From Pseudobdellovibrionaceae bacterium (GTDB lineage Bacteria > Bdellovibrionota > Bdellovibrionia > Bdellovibrionales > Bdellovibrionaceae), in assembly GCA_039810425.1 (NCBI GenBank), contig JBDHWW010000051.1:1-20115 (forward strand): a stretch of DNA of 20,115 bases, in the 5' to 3' direction. The position numbers and the translations under genes are program-made. This document shows, piece after piece, positions 7,858 to 17,501 of the stretch (the stretch's first letter is position 1; each line of letters opens with the position of its first letter). The notes beneath the pieces were generated by a model, which saw only the letters and a list, made by a program, of their open reading frames with translations, made no database searches and was not told the DNA's origin.

Positions 7858-9135
7858 CTAGTTGAGGATAGCCGCCTTTAGGTCCACGGCGAAGCGAGCG
7901 CCTTCTTTATACTGGTAATTAACATCACCAGAGAGGCGAACAGAGTTTTGATCCGGATTGTACAGCCAGCCGCCTTTGCCTTGTGGGATGATTTGGCCTT
8001 TGCCTAAAGCTAGGTCTTCGGGAGTTCCATAGCGAACGCGGATTTGAATCACGCCGTTTTCAACAACCGGTACACCACGAGTGAGGACGATCTCTTTAGC
8101 CAGCGTTCGGACTTTGATGTCTGCGCCGATATTTGCCAGGTCTGTACCGAAGTTACGGCTGATGATACTCATGATGTACTTGCCTTTGATCTGATCGTCG
8201 TTTGTGAGATCGGCACTTTTGTTAGCGTTTGCGATCAATTGCTCCAAACGCTTTGGGCCGAAACCAATCTGGCAACCAGGTTCGCTCTTATTTGTGATGC
8301 GTGCTGGAGTTTTCTTATTCATGTCATAGCACTCTGAGTGATATTTAGGTAAAATGCGAAGACCATAGTCTTTATATGAATCTGAGTCTTTCGCATTCAC
8401 AAGAACACCGTAAACCGAGTACTTGTCTTTACGGCCACCTTTAAAATCTAAAAGGCGACGATCCACTTCCTCAGGGGTGATACTGGCGCTGCCGTCATCT
8501 GCATCCGTTAAGAAGATCACAACAAGCTGAGCATCCGAACGGAAGAAACCGTCGTTCACCTGACCGTTGCCGGACTTATCAAGAGCGGCAAGAAGCGGAG
8601 AGAGAAACTCTTCATTTTCAGGGCCGCCCTCAGCAAGAGGGGCCACCCCGATATCAAGAGTCGAAGCCATCAAGTCTTTTTCCGTGCGGGTGACAAAACG
8701 TTTGTTGAAAGACTGATTCTTGCTGTCTTTGATAAAACGCAACTCACCGATGCCGTACTGGTCTTTCTTAGCTGTAGCAAAGCGCTCAGAGCTATCCCAA
8801 GTAGAAACAACACCGATGTGATAGTCGATCATTTTGTTACGAAGGATCCCATCCGAGAATTTATCCATATTGCGCACGAGGTTTGCTTGGGCCCCTTTCA
8901 TGCTGTCTGAGTTATCGGTGATGAACAAGATATCAACCTGCGGGTTGAAGTCGAGCTGGCTATTGCCACCGTCTTCCGTGATCCAAACCGCTTTTTGTTC
9001 CGCGATGCGGTCATAGGTCGGTGGAGCCGGTTGAGGCGTCGGTTGCTGAGCGGACATTGAAGCCGTTTCGGGACTGCAAGCCGCAAACAAAGAAGTTGCT
9101 AAGATGAGGCCACAGATTTTAAATGAAGTTTTCAC
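7858..9135 (-). CDS. vWA-domain lipoprotein (CglB-like candidate adhesin), last gene of the Agl/Glt-type operon
   Basis: Start re-assigned to GTG at 9135 (SD GGAGG at 9145-9141, GTGA overlap with upstream stop), giving signal peptide with lipobox LFAAC; MIDAS DxSxS in VDILFITDNSDS and later VIFLTDADD. Confidence 0.8.
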   Translation of the reverse strand: MKTSFKICGLILATSLFAACSPETASMSAQQPTPQPAPPTYDRIAEQKAVWITEDGGNSQLDFNPQVDILFITDNSDSMKGAQANLVRNMDKFSDGILRNKMIDYHIGVVSTWDSSERFATAKKDQYGIGELRFIKDSKNQSFNKRFVTRTEKDLMASTLDIGVAPLAEGGPENEEFLSPLLAALDKSGNGQVNDGFFRSDAQLVVIFLTDADDGSASITPEEVDRRLLDFKGGRKDKYSVYGVLVNAKDSDSYKDYGLRILPKYHSECYDMNKKTPARITNKSEPGCQIGFGPKRLEQLIANANKSADLTNDDQIKGKYIMSIISRNFGTDLANIGADIKVRTLAKEIVLTRGVPVVENGVIQIRVRYGTPEDLALGKGQIIPQGKGGWLYNPDQNSVRLSGDVNYQYKEGARFAVDLKAAILN

Positions 9136-10184
9136 ATCTTCCTCCGAATGTTCTGAGGGCATGCTTTCGTGCGTACTTGGTATTTATCGAGCTCGTCGAT
9201 CCAAGGGCGGCCATCATCAACAAACACGAGTTGGTCAGAGTTTGTTTCGCTAAAGTCACCTTTTTTGAAGAGCGCTTTATCCATTTCAACGTCCGCATGA
9301 AGTCTTTGGATGGCTTCCACTTCTACAAGATTTAATTTCTGAACGATTTTAAAATTGTCATTTGTTTCAAGAGTCGCTAATTGCTTCATGCGATTTTGCA
9401 ACTGAACTTGCGCCGTGGCGTTGGATTTCTTAAAAGACGCTTGAAGGCTTTCAGATTTACCCTCCGCTTTCAAAATCGCCAAAGCCTTTTCAGTGAGTTT
9501 CACTTTCATTAACTGGCGTTGGAATTCGATGTCTTTGTAGAAAAGCTGAGGCAAGTGGTTTGCGGCATCACCGACTTCAGAAAAAGTCAGAGGAAAAGTT
9601 TCAGTCGCCGCCATGACTTTTGCCATAGCGTCGTTCATGCCCGTCTGAGACAAGTTTTGGATCTCAACCAGCCGAGGCTTTTGTTTACCTTTGAAAAGCC
9701 TGTTTGTTTCGAAAACTTCTTTGTAGTTGCAAGTCTTCAGATGCGCCAAAGATTGTAAGAAATATGCTTCGGAACCTACGTAAGCTGCGAATTGTGGAGC
9801 CAAAAGGGTTTTGGTTTGACCCAAAGAAGCATCCAATTGATTTTGCCGGAAGTAAGTCCAAGCTTTCTCCTCAACGGCTTGCAGCCAGTAAGCACTGCCT
9901 TTAGCGACTTGGTCGTAAAGTGCGCGGGCTTCGCCGTATTGGCCTTTGGCGTAAACCTTACGGGCTTTTTCCATCAATGCTTTGTCCGCGCAATCGTTGC
10001 AAGCATAGAGGTATTTCTTGTCGAGTTTGCCGAAGTCCACCATCTGCAAGATCGCCGCAGTGTTTTTAGACTTCAAAGCTGCGGCGAAATCTTCGGACCA
10101 TTTCTGCACTGAAAGACGATCTTCAGCACGGGCGCCGATAGCAGCAAGGACTACTAAAGAGGCTAAGATCGACTTGATCATCAT
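9132..10184 (-). CDS. Secreted TPR protein, GltC-like
   Basis: Signal peptide ending ARA; TPR helices; EEKAWTYF...SLGQTKTLLAPQF...EAYFLQSLAHLKTCNY resembles the GltC pattern; start placed at ATG 10184 (ATGA overlap) rather than 10193. Confidence 0.7.
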   Translation of the reverse strand: MMIKSILASLVVLAAIGARAEDRLSVQKWSEDFAAALKSKNTAAILQMVDFGKLDKKYLYACNDCADKALMEKARKVYAKGQYGEARALYDQVAKGSAYWLQAVEEKAWTYFRQNQLDASLGQTKTLLAPQFAAYVGSEAYFLQSLAHLKTCNYKEVFETNRLFKGKQKPRLVEIQNLSQTGMNDAMAKVMAATETFPLTFSEVGDAANHLPQLFYKDIEFQRQLMKVKLTEKALAILKAEGKSESLQASFKKSNATAQVQLQNRMKQLATLETNDNFKIVQKLNLVEVEAIQRLHADVEMDKALFKKGDFSETNSDQLVFVDDGRPWIDELDKYQVRTKACPQNIRRKM

Positions 10185-10954
10185 AAGATCCATCCAAGGC
10201 CTACAGTGGCGGCGGCAGAGTTAATATCACGTGAGCCAGTCACGATTTGGTCTTTGTATGCTTGGTAACGGATTTCCGCACGGGCCGAAACGTGTTTTGT
10301 CATCCACAGGCCAAAACCAAGGCCGGCGGTTGCAAGACCGGTTGAACCGCTTTCGAGTTCGATTTGACCGCCACCCGCAAGCAAGTAGAAGTCGAATTGC
10401 GCGATGGCTTTATCGAAGAAATTGATTTTGCCGTAAACAGGATACCAGTTGATCACCGCCATTTTTGCATTCTGTGGTCTGTCGATATCTACGATTGTTG
10501 CGCGGTTACCGACGGCATAGTTTGCCAGCGCTTCATCCGTTGCTCGTTCGCCCTCAGGTGTCAGATTATTCTGATAGCTGTAGTAACGAGCCCCAATAGA
10601 CCAGCGTGGAGTGAAATGAAAGTCCAAGGTCGCACCGATATTTTGTGTTTGCAAGTACGTAGTCCCACCCATGACGCCGCCATAGTTCAGTCCCACTTCA
10701 AGGCGGTTGTGCCGGTCTACGATGCGATCTTGGACGATACGAGATTTAGTTTCTGGATTCAGCCTTTCAGACATCTCCAACAAAGCATCATTACCGCCAA
10801 GCCCGTCGACGTCTTTATTGAAGTCGATTTGCTTTGCTTGTTGCCGTTGAGGAGCAGGTGCCGTAGCTACTTTCTTAGCTGTTTTAGATGCAGCCACTGA
10901 CGACAAAGAAGCTAATAAGAGAGCACTGAGGGTTAAAGCCTTTAAGGTTTTCAT
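10181..10954 (-). CDS. Outer-membrane beta-barrel protein, GltA/GltB/GltH-type
   Basis: Signal peptide, IVQDRIVDRHNRLEVG lead-in, alternating amphipathic strands (DFHFTPRWSIGARY, WYPVYGKINFF, FDFYLLAGGG), terminal strand VGLGWIL; SD GGAGGT and TAATG overlap. Confidence 0.8.
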   Translation of the reverse strand: MKTLKALTLSALLLASLSSVAASKTAKKVATAPAPQRQQAKQIDFNKDVDGLGGNDALLEMSERLNPETKSRIVQDRIVDRHNRLEVGLNYGGVMGGTTYLQTQNIGATLDFHFTPRWSIGARYYSYQNNLTPEGERATDEALANYAVGNRATIVDIDRPQNAKMAVINWYPVYGKINFFDKAIAQFDFYLLAGGGQIELESGSTGLATAGLGFGLWMTKHVSARAEIRYQAYKDQIVTGSRDINSAAATVGLGWIL

Positions 10955-12027
10955 TATTTCTTACCTCCAGCTTTCTTGACACCTTGTGGTTTCTCGTCAG
11001 GCGGCGGTGGAGGTACTGGCGCTGCCGGAGCTTCCGGTGTTGGACGATTGATTTTTACGCGGATCATGGTGCTAGGGCTTGCGTTGAATGCGGAAGTCGC
11101 TCTCAAAGACAAACGAGTCTGAGTGAAGTAAACGTTTGCGATGGCGCCGTTTTTCATTTTTTGATTCTCTACGGGAGTGTTTTTGGTGTCGAAAACACGA
11201 TTAAATTTCCACTTGTAGTCACCGAGATATTCCAGAGAAGGACGGCTCGGGTCTTTAGAGACATAGCGCGCCCCATCCATTTCCATATAGTCGGAACCCG
11301 CGACCTGAGTCGTTTCATCTTCAGAAGGTGACAAGCTTGGTTTGACAACAGAATTCGCGTCCACGCCTGGAAATTTTACCGTGATCGAGAATGGAACCAC
11401 ATCGCCCTCTTTAACTTCTTTTTCCAAACCGGTGATGGTCAATTGAGAAGGTTTTTCCTGGTTCCTAAAGAGAGAAAAGAAAACGGTTTTTTCCAGAGAT
11501 AAACCTTTAACTGTGTTTACCTTTGCGGGTGTCTTAGCAGAGACAAGAACTGGAACCAAAGTCGTATTGTAGACTTTAGGAGGTTGTTCATCGTAAGAGA
11601 TTGTGTTTGTGGCCGGGGTCCAGCGAAGCTCATAGGTGTTAGGAGATTGAGCCGTTGAAATTTCACGGAATTCAGCGCCCGCCGGAAGGCCTTTTGCAGT
11701 TAGCTTCATCTGGATGTCAGGGTCTTGAACGCGGAGAGTGATTTTGTAGGAAGTCTGTTGGCCTTCATAGAAAGCCATCATCTTATCGCCCAAGTCGATT
11801 TTGAAATAGTTGTCATTCAAAGTCGCTTGTTCTTGGATGACGGGGTTGTCTTTAGTGACATAGACGATCTTTTCAGGAACTGGTACGGGACCAGTTTGAG
11901 TTTGTTGTTTTGCTGAGTCACGAATTTCTTTGATTTTAGACTCTTGAGAATCGCTGAACTTGTTGCCGCCGCAAGCTGCAAGCATCAAACTCGCTGTCAT
12001 TAGAGTATAAGATAATACGTTCTTCAT
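10954..12027 (-). CDS. Lipoprotein of unknown function with Ig-like/cadherin-like beta-sandwich segments
   Basis: Lipobox LAAC; LTAKGLPAGAEF...YELRWTP is typical of putative-Ig repeats; Pro-rich ends; SD AAGGAG. Confidence 0.65.
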   Translation of the reverse strand: MKNVLSYTLMTASLMLAACGGNKFSDSQESKIKEIRDSAKQQTQTGPVPVPEKIVYVTKDNPVIQEQATLNDNYFKIDLGDKMMAFYEGQQTSYKITLRVQDPDIQMKLTAKGLPAGAEFREISTAQSPNTYELRWTPATNTISYDEQPPKVYNTTLVPVLVSAKTPAKVNTVKGLSLEKTVFFSLFRNQEKPSQLTITGLEKEVKEGDVVPFSITVKFPGVDANSVVKPSLSPSEDETTQVAGSDYMEMDGARYVSKDPSRPSLEYLGDYKWKFNRVFDTKNTPVENQKMKNGAIANVYFTQTRLSLRATSAFNASPSTMIRVKINRPTPEAPAAPVPPPPPDEKPQGVKKAGGKK

Positions 12028-12037
12028 AAAACTCTCC

Positions 12038-13279
12038 TTATCGACTGCTCACGCGTGTCAAGTTGAACGGGTAGAGGACGTCGACATTGACCTTTCCTAC
12101 AGGTTTAGGAAACTGCCATGTTCTCATTTTATCTAGCATGCAATTTTCAACGAGTTTTGAACCGAGGGAAGACTGAGCAACTTTGGCAACGGTGATTCTT
12201 CCAGCGGGGCCGATCGTGAAATCAACGGCGACACGCCCGCCAATCGAAGGTTGCGCCTGCAATCCTTTTTCATAGCAGTAAGTGATTTGACCTAAGTGTT
12301 TGTTAATCACGGCGAGAATTTGGTCTTGATCCAATCCACCTTCGACTGTGGCTTCGTCGTCCAGCGGTAAGCTGATGGGGGCCATGCCGCCAACCATTGA
12401 GATCTTACCGTAACCAGCACGGCCGCCACCCGTACCACGGGTGCCATAACCTCCAGCGCTTTCCGCGCGGCCCCCTTCGCCAGCACTTCCGGCGATGAGG
12501 CCGTTACCCGGCATAAGACCTTTAACACCACCGCGGCCAGTTGCACCGACACCGCCGCCACCTTGGCCTTGGCCAGCTGAGCGGATATTTTTCATCGAGT
12601 TCAGATCCAAGCCTTCCGCTGACTTATTGCCTTTTGGAATGCCACCTAACGCGGCCAATGCGCCGACGCGGTGAATGTCAGTGGCTTTTGCAGTTTTCAC
12701 TTTATAAGGCTTAGAAAGTAGTTTTTTGGTTGCTACCGGACGGTAAACTTTGTGCGTCGGCTTAATTTTCTTTTCAGAAACTTTCACGTGCGGAGCAGGC
12801 GCCAGCTTTTCTACAACCGGTGTCTCCTGTTTAGGAACGACGATTGTTACCAGCGTTGGCTCTGCGGGCTTTTGCGAGAAGTACTTTGCAGAAATCCATG
12901 CGCCCAAAATCAAAACTAAAACGATGGCGATGTGGCCGATCATTGTTTTTTCGAGGATCGTTTTAAGTTCCTTGTCGTCTTGTTCTTTAGTGAGTTGATA
13001 ATCCGGGCTATTGACGGCCGCGTCGTCCATCAAACGAAGTTGTCCCAGGCCAGAGAGCTTTACTGGTTTCTCAAGATCAGAGATCGCCAGTGTTTTTAAA
13101 AGCGTGTATTCAAGGTCATTTTCCTCGAGAATTTTAAGGTTTGCCACAGCATCAATGCGGCGCTGATCTTTCAAGAAGACGATATTCATTGAGCGTGAGT
13201 CCACCGCAAAGGTTCTCACCTTTTGGCCCAGCATGTTCTCCAGGATCAGCAGTTGTGTAGTTTTCTTCGCAGTGCGCAT
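12038..13279 (-). CDS. GltG-like inner-membrane protein with AgmX/PglI (TonB-like) C-terminal domain
   Basis: One TM helix (HIAIVLVLILGAWI), Lys/Pro-rich then Gly-rich linker, C-terminal GGLDQDQILAVINKH...YCYEKGL...GRVAVDFTI...CML...WQFPKP...YPFNL. Confidence 0.85.
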   Translation of the reverse strand: MRTAKKTTQLLILENMLGQKVRTFAVDSRSMNIVFLKDQRRIDAVANLKILEENDLEYTLLKTLAISDLEKPVKLSGLGQLRLMDDAAVNSPDYQLTKEQDDKELKTILEKTMIGHIAIVLVLILGAWISAKYFSQKPAEPTLVTIVVPKQETPVVEKLAPAPHVKVSEKKIKPTHKVYRPVATKKLLSKPYKVKTAKATDIHRVGALAALGGIPKGNKSAEGLDLNSMKNIRSAGQGQGGGGVGATGRGGVKGLMPGNGLIAGSAGEGGRAESAGGYGTRGTGGGRAGYGKISMVGGMAPISLPLDDEATVEGGLDQDQILAVINKHLGQITYCYEKGLQAQPSIGGRVAVDFTIGPAGRITVAKVAQSSLGSKLVENCMLDKMRTWQFPKPVGKVNVDVLYPFNLTRVSSR

Positions 13280-13291
13280 GACTTTACGTCC

Positions 13292-13594
13292 TTAGTTTCT
13301 TTCGGTTTCTCTTTGGCGGCGATCCTCAAACTGAGTTCGGCCACCTAAGAGATCTTCCATAAATTTATCGTTTTCGACCGTCGCTGTAGAGCTCAAGGAA
13401 CTCTGGTACTTACCGCGAAGGTTGGAACCACTGAACTTAAACGAGGTTCCGAGCTTGGCTTGCGGGGTCGAGGTCCTCTTTGTTGCCGCCTTCTTGGCAG
13501 CCGCTCTTTTATGTGCCGCGCCTGTTTCAGCGTGGGCTCCATTTGCAGTCAACATACAGAGCAAGATCAGGGCCAGAGTTTTTGAATTTTTCAT
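13292..13594 (-). CDS. Small secreted protein, GltF/CglF-like
   Basis: Signal peptide ending AHA; about 100 aa; FKFSGSNLRGKY...LLGGRTQFEDR; located directly upstream of the GltG-like gene; ATGA overlap. Confidence 0.6.
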   Translation of the reverse strand: MKNSKTLALILLCMLTANGAHAETGAAHKRAAAKKAATKRTSTPQAKLGTSFKFSGSNLRGKYQSSLSSTATVENDKFMEDLLGGRTQFEDRRQRETERN

Positions 13595-16557
13595 AGGCTT
13601 TTTCCTCTCTGAATGCGGCTTAAACGGGCTTCCAAGTATGAAGGCATCAGGGGGTGACCGATTTTCGTCTCTAGGTTTTTCAATTTTTCAATATCACTTA
13701 TATTATCAGGGTTTTGCGCGACGGTTTTACGTGCAGATACCAAGTCCTCCCAGCTTAAGGAGCCGTCGTTCAAAGCTTTCTCGACCGCGCTGTGGTTGCG
13801 GCTACTGTTAGGCAAAGCGGCCAGCAAGTTCATCTCGCGGCGGAGAAGTTTCTTAAGTTCAGGGCGAACTGTGGAAAAATCGGCGAGCAGTTGTGGAATC
13901 GCTGGAGATCGTTCCCAGATCTCGGACTCACGTTGTTGTGAGAACTTCGCCTTCACAAAGTAAGGTTTTGATCGTTGCTTCAAGATATCGAGGTATTGCT
14001 TTTGTTCCGCAGGAGTGAGCTTTTTAGGAATCGGCAATGCGACAAGGTCACGGACCATGCGCTCGTTCTCCATAGAAACCACGTTCAATGCCAATAATTG
14101 AGCTGTCACGTCTTTGAACTTCAAACTTTCAGCCAGCTTTTTGTCGGCTTCTTTCAAGAGCTTGATACGTTCTTTGATTGTTCTCTGCATTGCAGAGTCT
14201 GTTTTAACGTTCAATTGATGACGGGCCATACGCGCTTTAAAAGAGACAACCTCAGAGTAGAAATCCTGTTTCGCAATGAAGTTCGGGGCGGATTGGCGAC
14301 GGAGTTCCTTTATAGAGAGAACCGACTTCAAACTTTTTTTATCACCCGTGCGGGCGTAAACTAACAACGTGATTTCGTTTAAAACACCTGCGTCTTTAGC
14401 CAATTCAGGAGCTTGTGTTTTCAACTCACGAACTGGGTTCGAAGAGAGCAAGACCAAGCGTGATCTCACAGAACGAGCACCTTGACCTTGAAGGCCAGAA
14501 GCCAAGGCCTTCTTATAGTGGCCAGTGGGGTCCAAGTTTGCGAGATCTGCAAGTGTACCCAGGCGCAACTCCTTGTCGGCAGACTTCAGGCCTTTGAACT
14601 TCATTTTCAAAGCCGTGAGGTAGGCGTTTTTGAAATCTAATTTTTTTTCATGGTAAGCGACGATTTTACGGAGGCTTTCCTCGCGACGCTCTTCAGACAA
14701 GCCCGGTTGAGCCAGCAGAGACTGCAATGAGCGAACATAGACGCCATCGTCAGTCAAGCGTTGCGCCACAATACTCATGTTTGTATAGAGCAAAGTCTTT
14801 TCGGCAGTCGTCGCGCCAGTCATATTTACTTTTTGCATTTGATCTAAAGACTTGCTGAGTTCCGAGTTGCTGGCATTTTTGTCGTTTGCAATACGCGCAA
14901 CACGGTTCATCAAGGCTTTACGAGCCATTGTTGAATACTCCGTGCGGTCCGCCGGGAACGCCTCAGCATATTGCCAAGCCCAGTCTTCGACGCTGTCTTC
15001 GTATTTCATTTGTACTAAGCAGTCTAATGAAAGGTCTGCGGACTTCTTACGGAGATTCGCAGGACCGGATTTATCCATCGCCAGGGCATAGAAGGCTTGG
15101 GACGCATCACGGTGATTTTTCTGTTGATATGTCAGGTACGCCATTTGGTAACGAACTTCAAAGCTCTTATCGCCTTTTGGCGATACCTCGAGGTAATGTT
15201 CGTAAGCAGCTTTCTGCAATACGGGATTCTGAGATTTTTCAGCTGTTGAAATCTCGCTGAGCAACGCAGTCTTCTGCAATTCAGGCTTCGTTTCTTTGTT
15301 GTTACTCACGGAACGGAAGAATTGCATTGCGACGGCATGTTTTCCCATATTATCCGCAACTTGGGCTCCACGCTGGGCCATCTCGGTATCATTCGGGAAT
15401 GTCTTGCTATAGATGAGGTAAGCATTCAGCAAATCCGCATCAGGTTTGATTTTTTTTGAACGATGCAGCTCCGTCACATAACGCTTCATTGTTTTTTCGA
15501 GTTCTTGGCACTTCGAAATGTCTTTGCAGTTCTTTTGGTATTCCTGAGCGGCTTTGGCGAAGTCTTGGGTCGATTTGCTCGTTTCGCCGCCATCGTAGTT
15601 CACTTGCGCCAGCTTCACAAAAGCGGCAAGACGTTCTTCTTGAGTCAGAGTCGTATCTTCCAAGTAGCGGTTATAGATTGTTGCCGCAGCCTTCTTCTGG
15701 CCGAGACGATCCGCCTCAGAAGCAAAATGCAGCAGCAAGTCTTTACGGCTCGCTTTTGGTGAGAAGTCTTCGTAGTTTGCAATCTCTTTATCAGTGACGG
15801 GACGGCGGGCATAGAATGTCGCCAAGTCTTTGACGATATCGTTATGGAAAACTGGGTCGTACTTGATGCCTTCGTTGTTTTCGCGAACGATGAGCTCTGG
15901 CATTTTTAAAAGGCTTTCCATGGTCGCGATACCAGCATTGAGTTGATCCAGATTTAGTTGGCACCAGGCTTTGTTATAGATCACCAAGCCACGGCCTTCG
16001 AGGTTTTTATCTTTAAGAGCGACTTCATAGTGCGCCAGAGCGTCTTTGTATTTCGCTTTTTGGAAAAGCAGATCGCCAAGGCTGGAATGAGAGCGAGCGA
16101 CGATCTCTCCGGATATTTTTTTGGATTTAGCTTCTTTCAAGATGCGCTCATAAAGAGAGATCGCTTTGTCCGACTGGCCCGCCATTTCTTGCAAGTGCGC
16201 TAGCTGGAACAAGATCGGGCCGTGGTCGTTTAGTTTTACCTCTTTAAGAAGAACTTCATAGATTGCAACAGCTTTCAGGCGATCGGCTTTTGAGCCCTTG
16301 CAGCCTTCACAATTAGCTTCAACTTCTTGCATAAAACGCAAGCGGGCGCGCTCAGAGAGCAAGTCTGCGAGGCGTTGCTCCGTTGGCAACCAAGAAGCAT
16401 CCGTTTTGTCCATCGCAGAGAGGACGCGTTCAATTCTTTCGATAACCATGTCCTGGGTTTGCGCATTCATTTTTTCAGCGTTGGCCACAGAAAAGGCCCC
16501 CAGGAAGATACCGCCAAAGACTGCACTAAAAATAAGAAGATGGTTTAAAGTTTTCAT
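13591..16557 (-). CDS. Large periplasmic TPR protein, GltD/AgmU-like
   Basis: Signal peptide ending ANA; many TPR units (ILFQLAHLQE, SLGDLLFQKAKYKDALAHYE, YNKAWCQLNL, YQMAYLTYQ); 988 aa; ATGA overlaps at both ends. Confidence 0.8.
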   Translation of the reverse strand: MKTLNHLLIFSAVFGGIFLGAFSVANAEKMNAQTQDMVIERIERVLSAMDKTDASWLPTEQRLADLLSERARLRFMQEVEANCEGCKGSKADRLKAVAIYEVLLKEVKLNDHGPILFQLAHLQEMAGQSDKAISLYERILKEAKSKKISGEIVARSHSSLGDLLFQKAKYKDALAHYEVALKDKNLEGRGLVIYNKAWCQLNLDQLNAGIATMESLLKMPELIVRENNEGIKYDPVFHNDIVKDLATFYARRPVTDKEIANYEDFSPKASRKDLLLHFASEADRLGQKKAAATIYNRYLEDTTLTQEERLAAFVKLAQVNYDGGETSKSTQDFAKAAQEYQKNCKDISKCQELEKTMKRYVTELHRSKKIKPDADLLNAYLIYSKTFPNDTEMAQRGAQVADNMGKHAVAMQFFRSVSNNKETKPELQKTALLSEISTAEKSQNPVLQKAAYEHYLEVSPKGDKSFEVRYQMAYLTYQQKNHRDASQAFYALAMDKSGPANLRKKSADLSLDCLVQMKYEDSVEDWAWQYAEAFPADRTEYSTMARKALMNRVARIANDKNASNSELSKSLDQMQKVNMTGATTAEKTLLYTNMSIVAQRLTDDGVYVRSLQSLLAQPGLSEERREESLRKIVAYHEKKLDFKNAYLTALKMKFKGLKSADKELRLGTLADLANLDPTGHYKKALASGLQGQGARSVRSRLVLLSSNPVRELKTQAPELAKDAGVLNEITLLVYARTGDKKSLKSVLSIKELRRQSAPNFIAKQDFYSEVVSFKARMARHQLNVKTDSAMQRTIKERIKLLKEADKKLAESLKFKDVTAQLLALNVVSMENERMVRDLVALPIPKKLTPAEQKQYLDILKQRSKPYFVKAKFSQQRESEIWERSPAIPQLLADFSTVRPELKKLLRREMNLLAALPNSSRNHSAVEKALNDGSLSWEDLVSARKTVAQNPDNISDIEKLKNLETKIGHPLMPSYLEARLSRIQRGKSL

Positions 16558-17036
16558 TTTATGGGAATTACCGCAAAGCGGAGTTTTTCAATGCCGGCCT
16601 CGGAACCAGCTCTCAAGAGAGGATCGAGATCTGCGTATTCCATGTTCGTGTCGGCTTGAACTAAAAGCTCCAAAGCCTCTGCCGTCGATTTTTTAAGTTC
16701 TGCAAGTTTTGCCGATAGTGAAGTAAGAGCCACGGGTCTTTCGTTCAAGAAGTATTGGCCCTTCTCGATTTTGAGAGTCGCAATTTCTTTTTCGAGTGCC
16801 TGGCTGTGTTCCGCCGTCGGCAGGCTCATTTGCCCGGGAATTTTACTTTCAACACCAGTGGTTTGTGTCCCGATGAGGAGATAAATCACGATAATACAGA
16901 ATGCATCGATCAACGAAGTCAAAGGCAGCGCAAGGCCCAGTTCTTTGCCGTGTGTGGCGTTCTTCTTGTTTTTTTTCAACGACATCGCTTGCATGAGTGG
17001 CGACCGACGTTGTGTGATGAATGTACCTGTATTCAT
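16554..17036 (-). CDS. aglS: ExbD/TolR-family motor subunit, AglS-like
   Basis: TM helix with conserved Asp (LPLTSLIDAFCIIVIYLL); periplasmic LLVQADTNMEY...AGIEKLRFAV. Symbol assigned by order and similarity; may be a paralogue. Confidence 0.8.
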   Translation of the reverse strand: MNTGTFITQRRSPLMQAMSLKKNKKNATHGKELGLALPLTSLIDAFCIIVIYLLIGTQTTGVESKIPGQMSLPTAEHSQALEKEIATLKIEKGQYFLNERPVALTSLSAKLAELKKSTAEALELLVQADTNMEYADLDPLLRAGSEAGIEKLRFAVIPIK

Positions 17037-17042
17037 AAAATC

Positions 17043-17501
17043 CTACCCAAGTGGGGACAAGCCCACTCCGTCGAATTGATTTTTCTTAAGTTGATCCATA
17101 ATACGGATCACATCGCCATAGGAGGCGCGCGCCTCTGGGCGCACGATGCTGGTTTTAAGCTCAGGCACTTGGGCGCGGAATGCTTGGATCTTAGCCTCCA
17201 GCGCTGCCCAGTTCACACCGGTTGCCGTTTTCGTGATCGTGTCTTCCAAGTTTTTGGTTTGCAAATTATTGGTTTGAGGTATGTCACGCAGAGAAAGTTG
17301 AACATTACCTTCTTTCGTTAAAACAACCCAGAGCGCCGGAGGATTTCTTTGTCCGGCCGTGGAATTGTCACCGATGGCTTGTTTCGTATCGATCGACCCG
17401 AGTTGCAGCCAAACTGCGGTGAGCAGCAAGAAGCAAATCAGAACCGAAAGAATATCGAGAACGGGTAAAATGTTTAGTTCAAAGTTAAGTTCTTTTTTCA
17501 T
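17043..17501 (-). CDS. aglQ: ExbD/TolR-family motor subunit, AglQ-like
   Basis: TM helix with conserved Asp (LNILPVLDILSVLICFLLLTAVW); YGDVIRIMD. Start placed at ATG 17501 because GGAG lies 6 nt upstream (ORF track start 17513). Confidence 0.8.
   Translation of the reverse strand: MKKELNFELNILPVLDILSVLICFLLLTAVWLQLGSIDTKQAIGDNSTAGQRNPPALWVVLTKEGNVQLSLRDIPQTNNLQTKNLEDTITKTATGVNWAALEAKIQAFRAQVPELKTSIVRPEARASYGDVIRIMDQLKKNQFDGVGLSPLG

Noticed and set aside
7350..7865. 171-aa alternate-frame ORF (V/A/I-rich) over the helicase tail
   Set aside because: Frame-shifted reading of the R/G-rich low-complexity tail; the main frame is intact to its stop.
9136..9162. ORF-track start (MPSEHSEED) for the vWA gene
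   Set aside because: Acidic extension would spoil the signal peptide; GTG at 9135 has SD GGAGG and a stop-start overlap.
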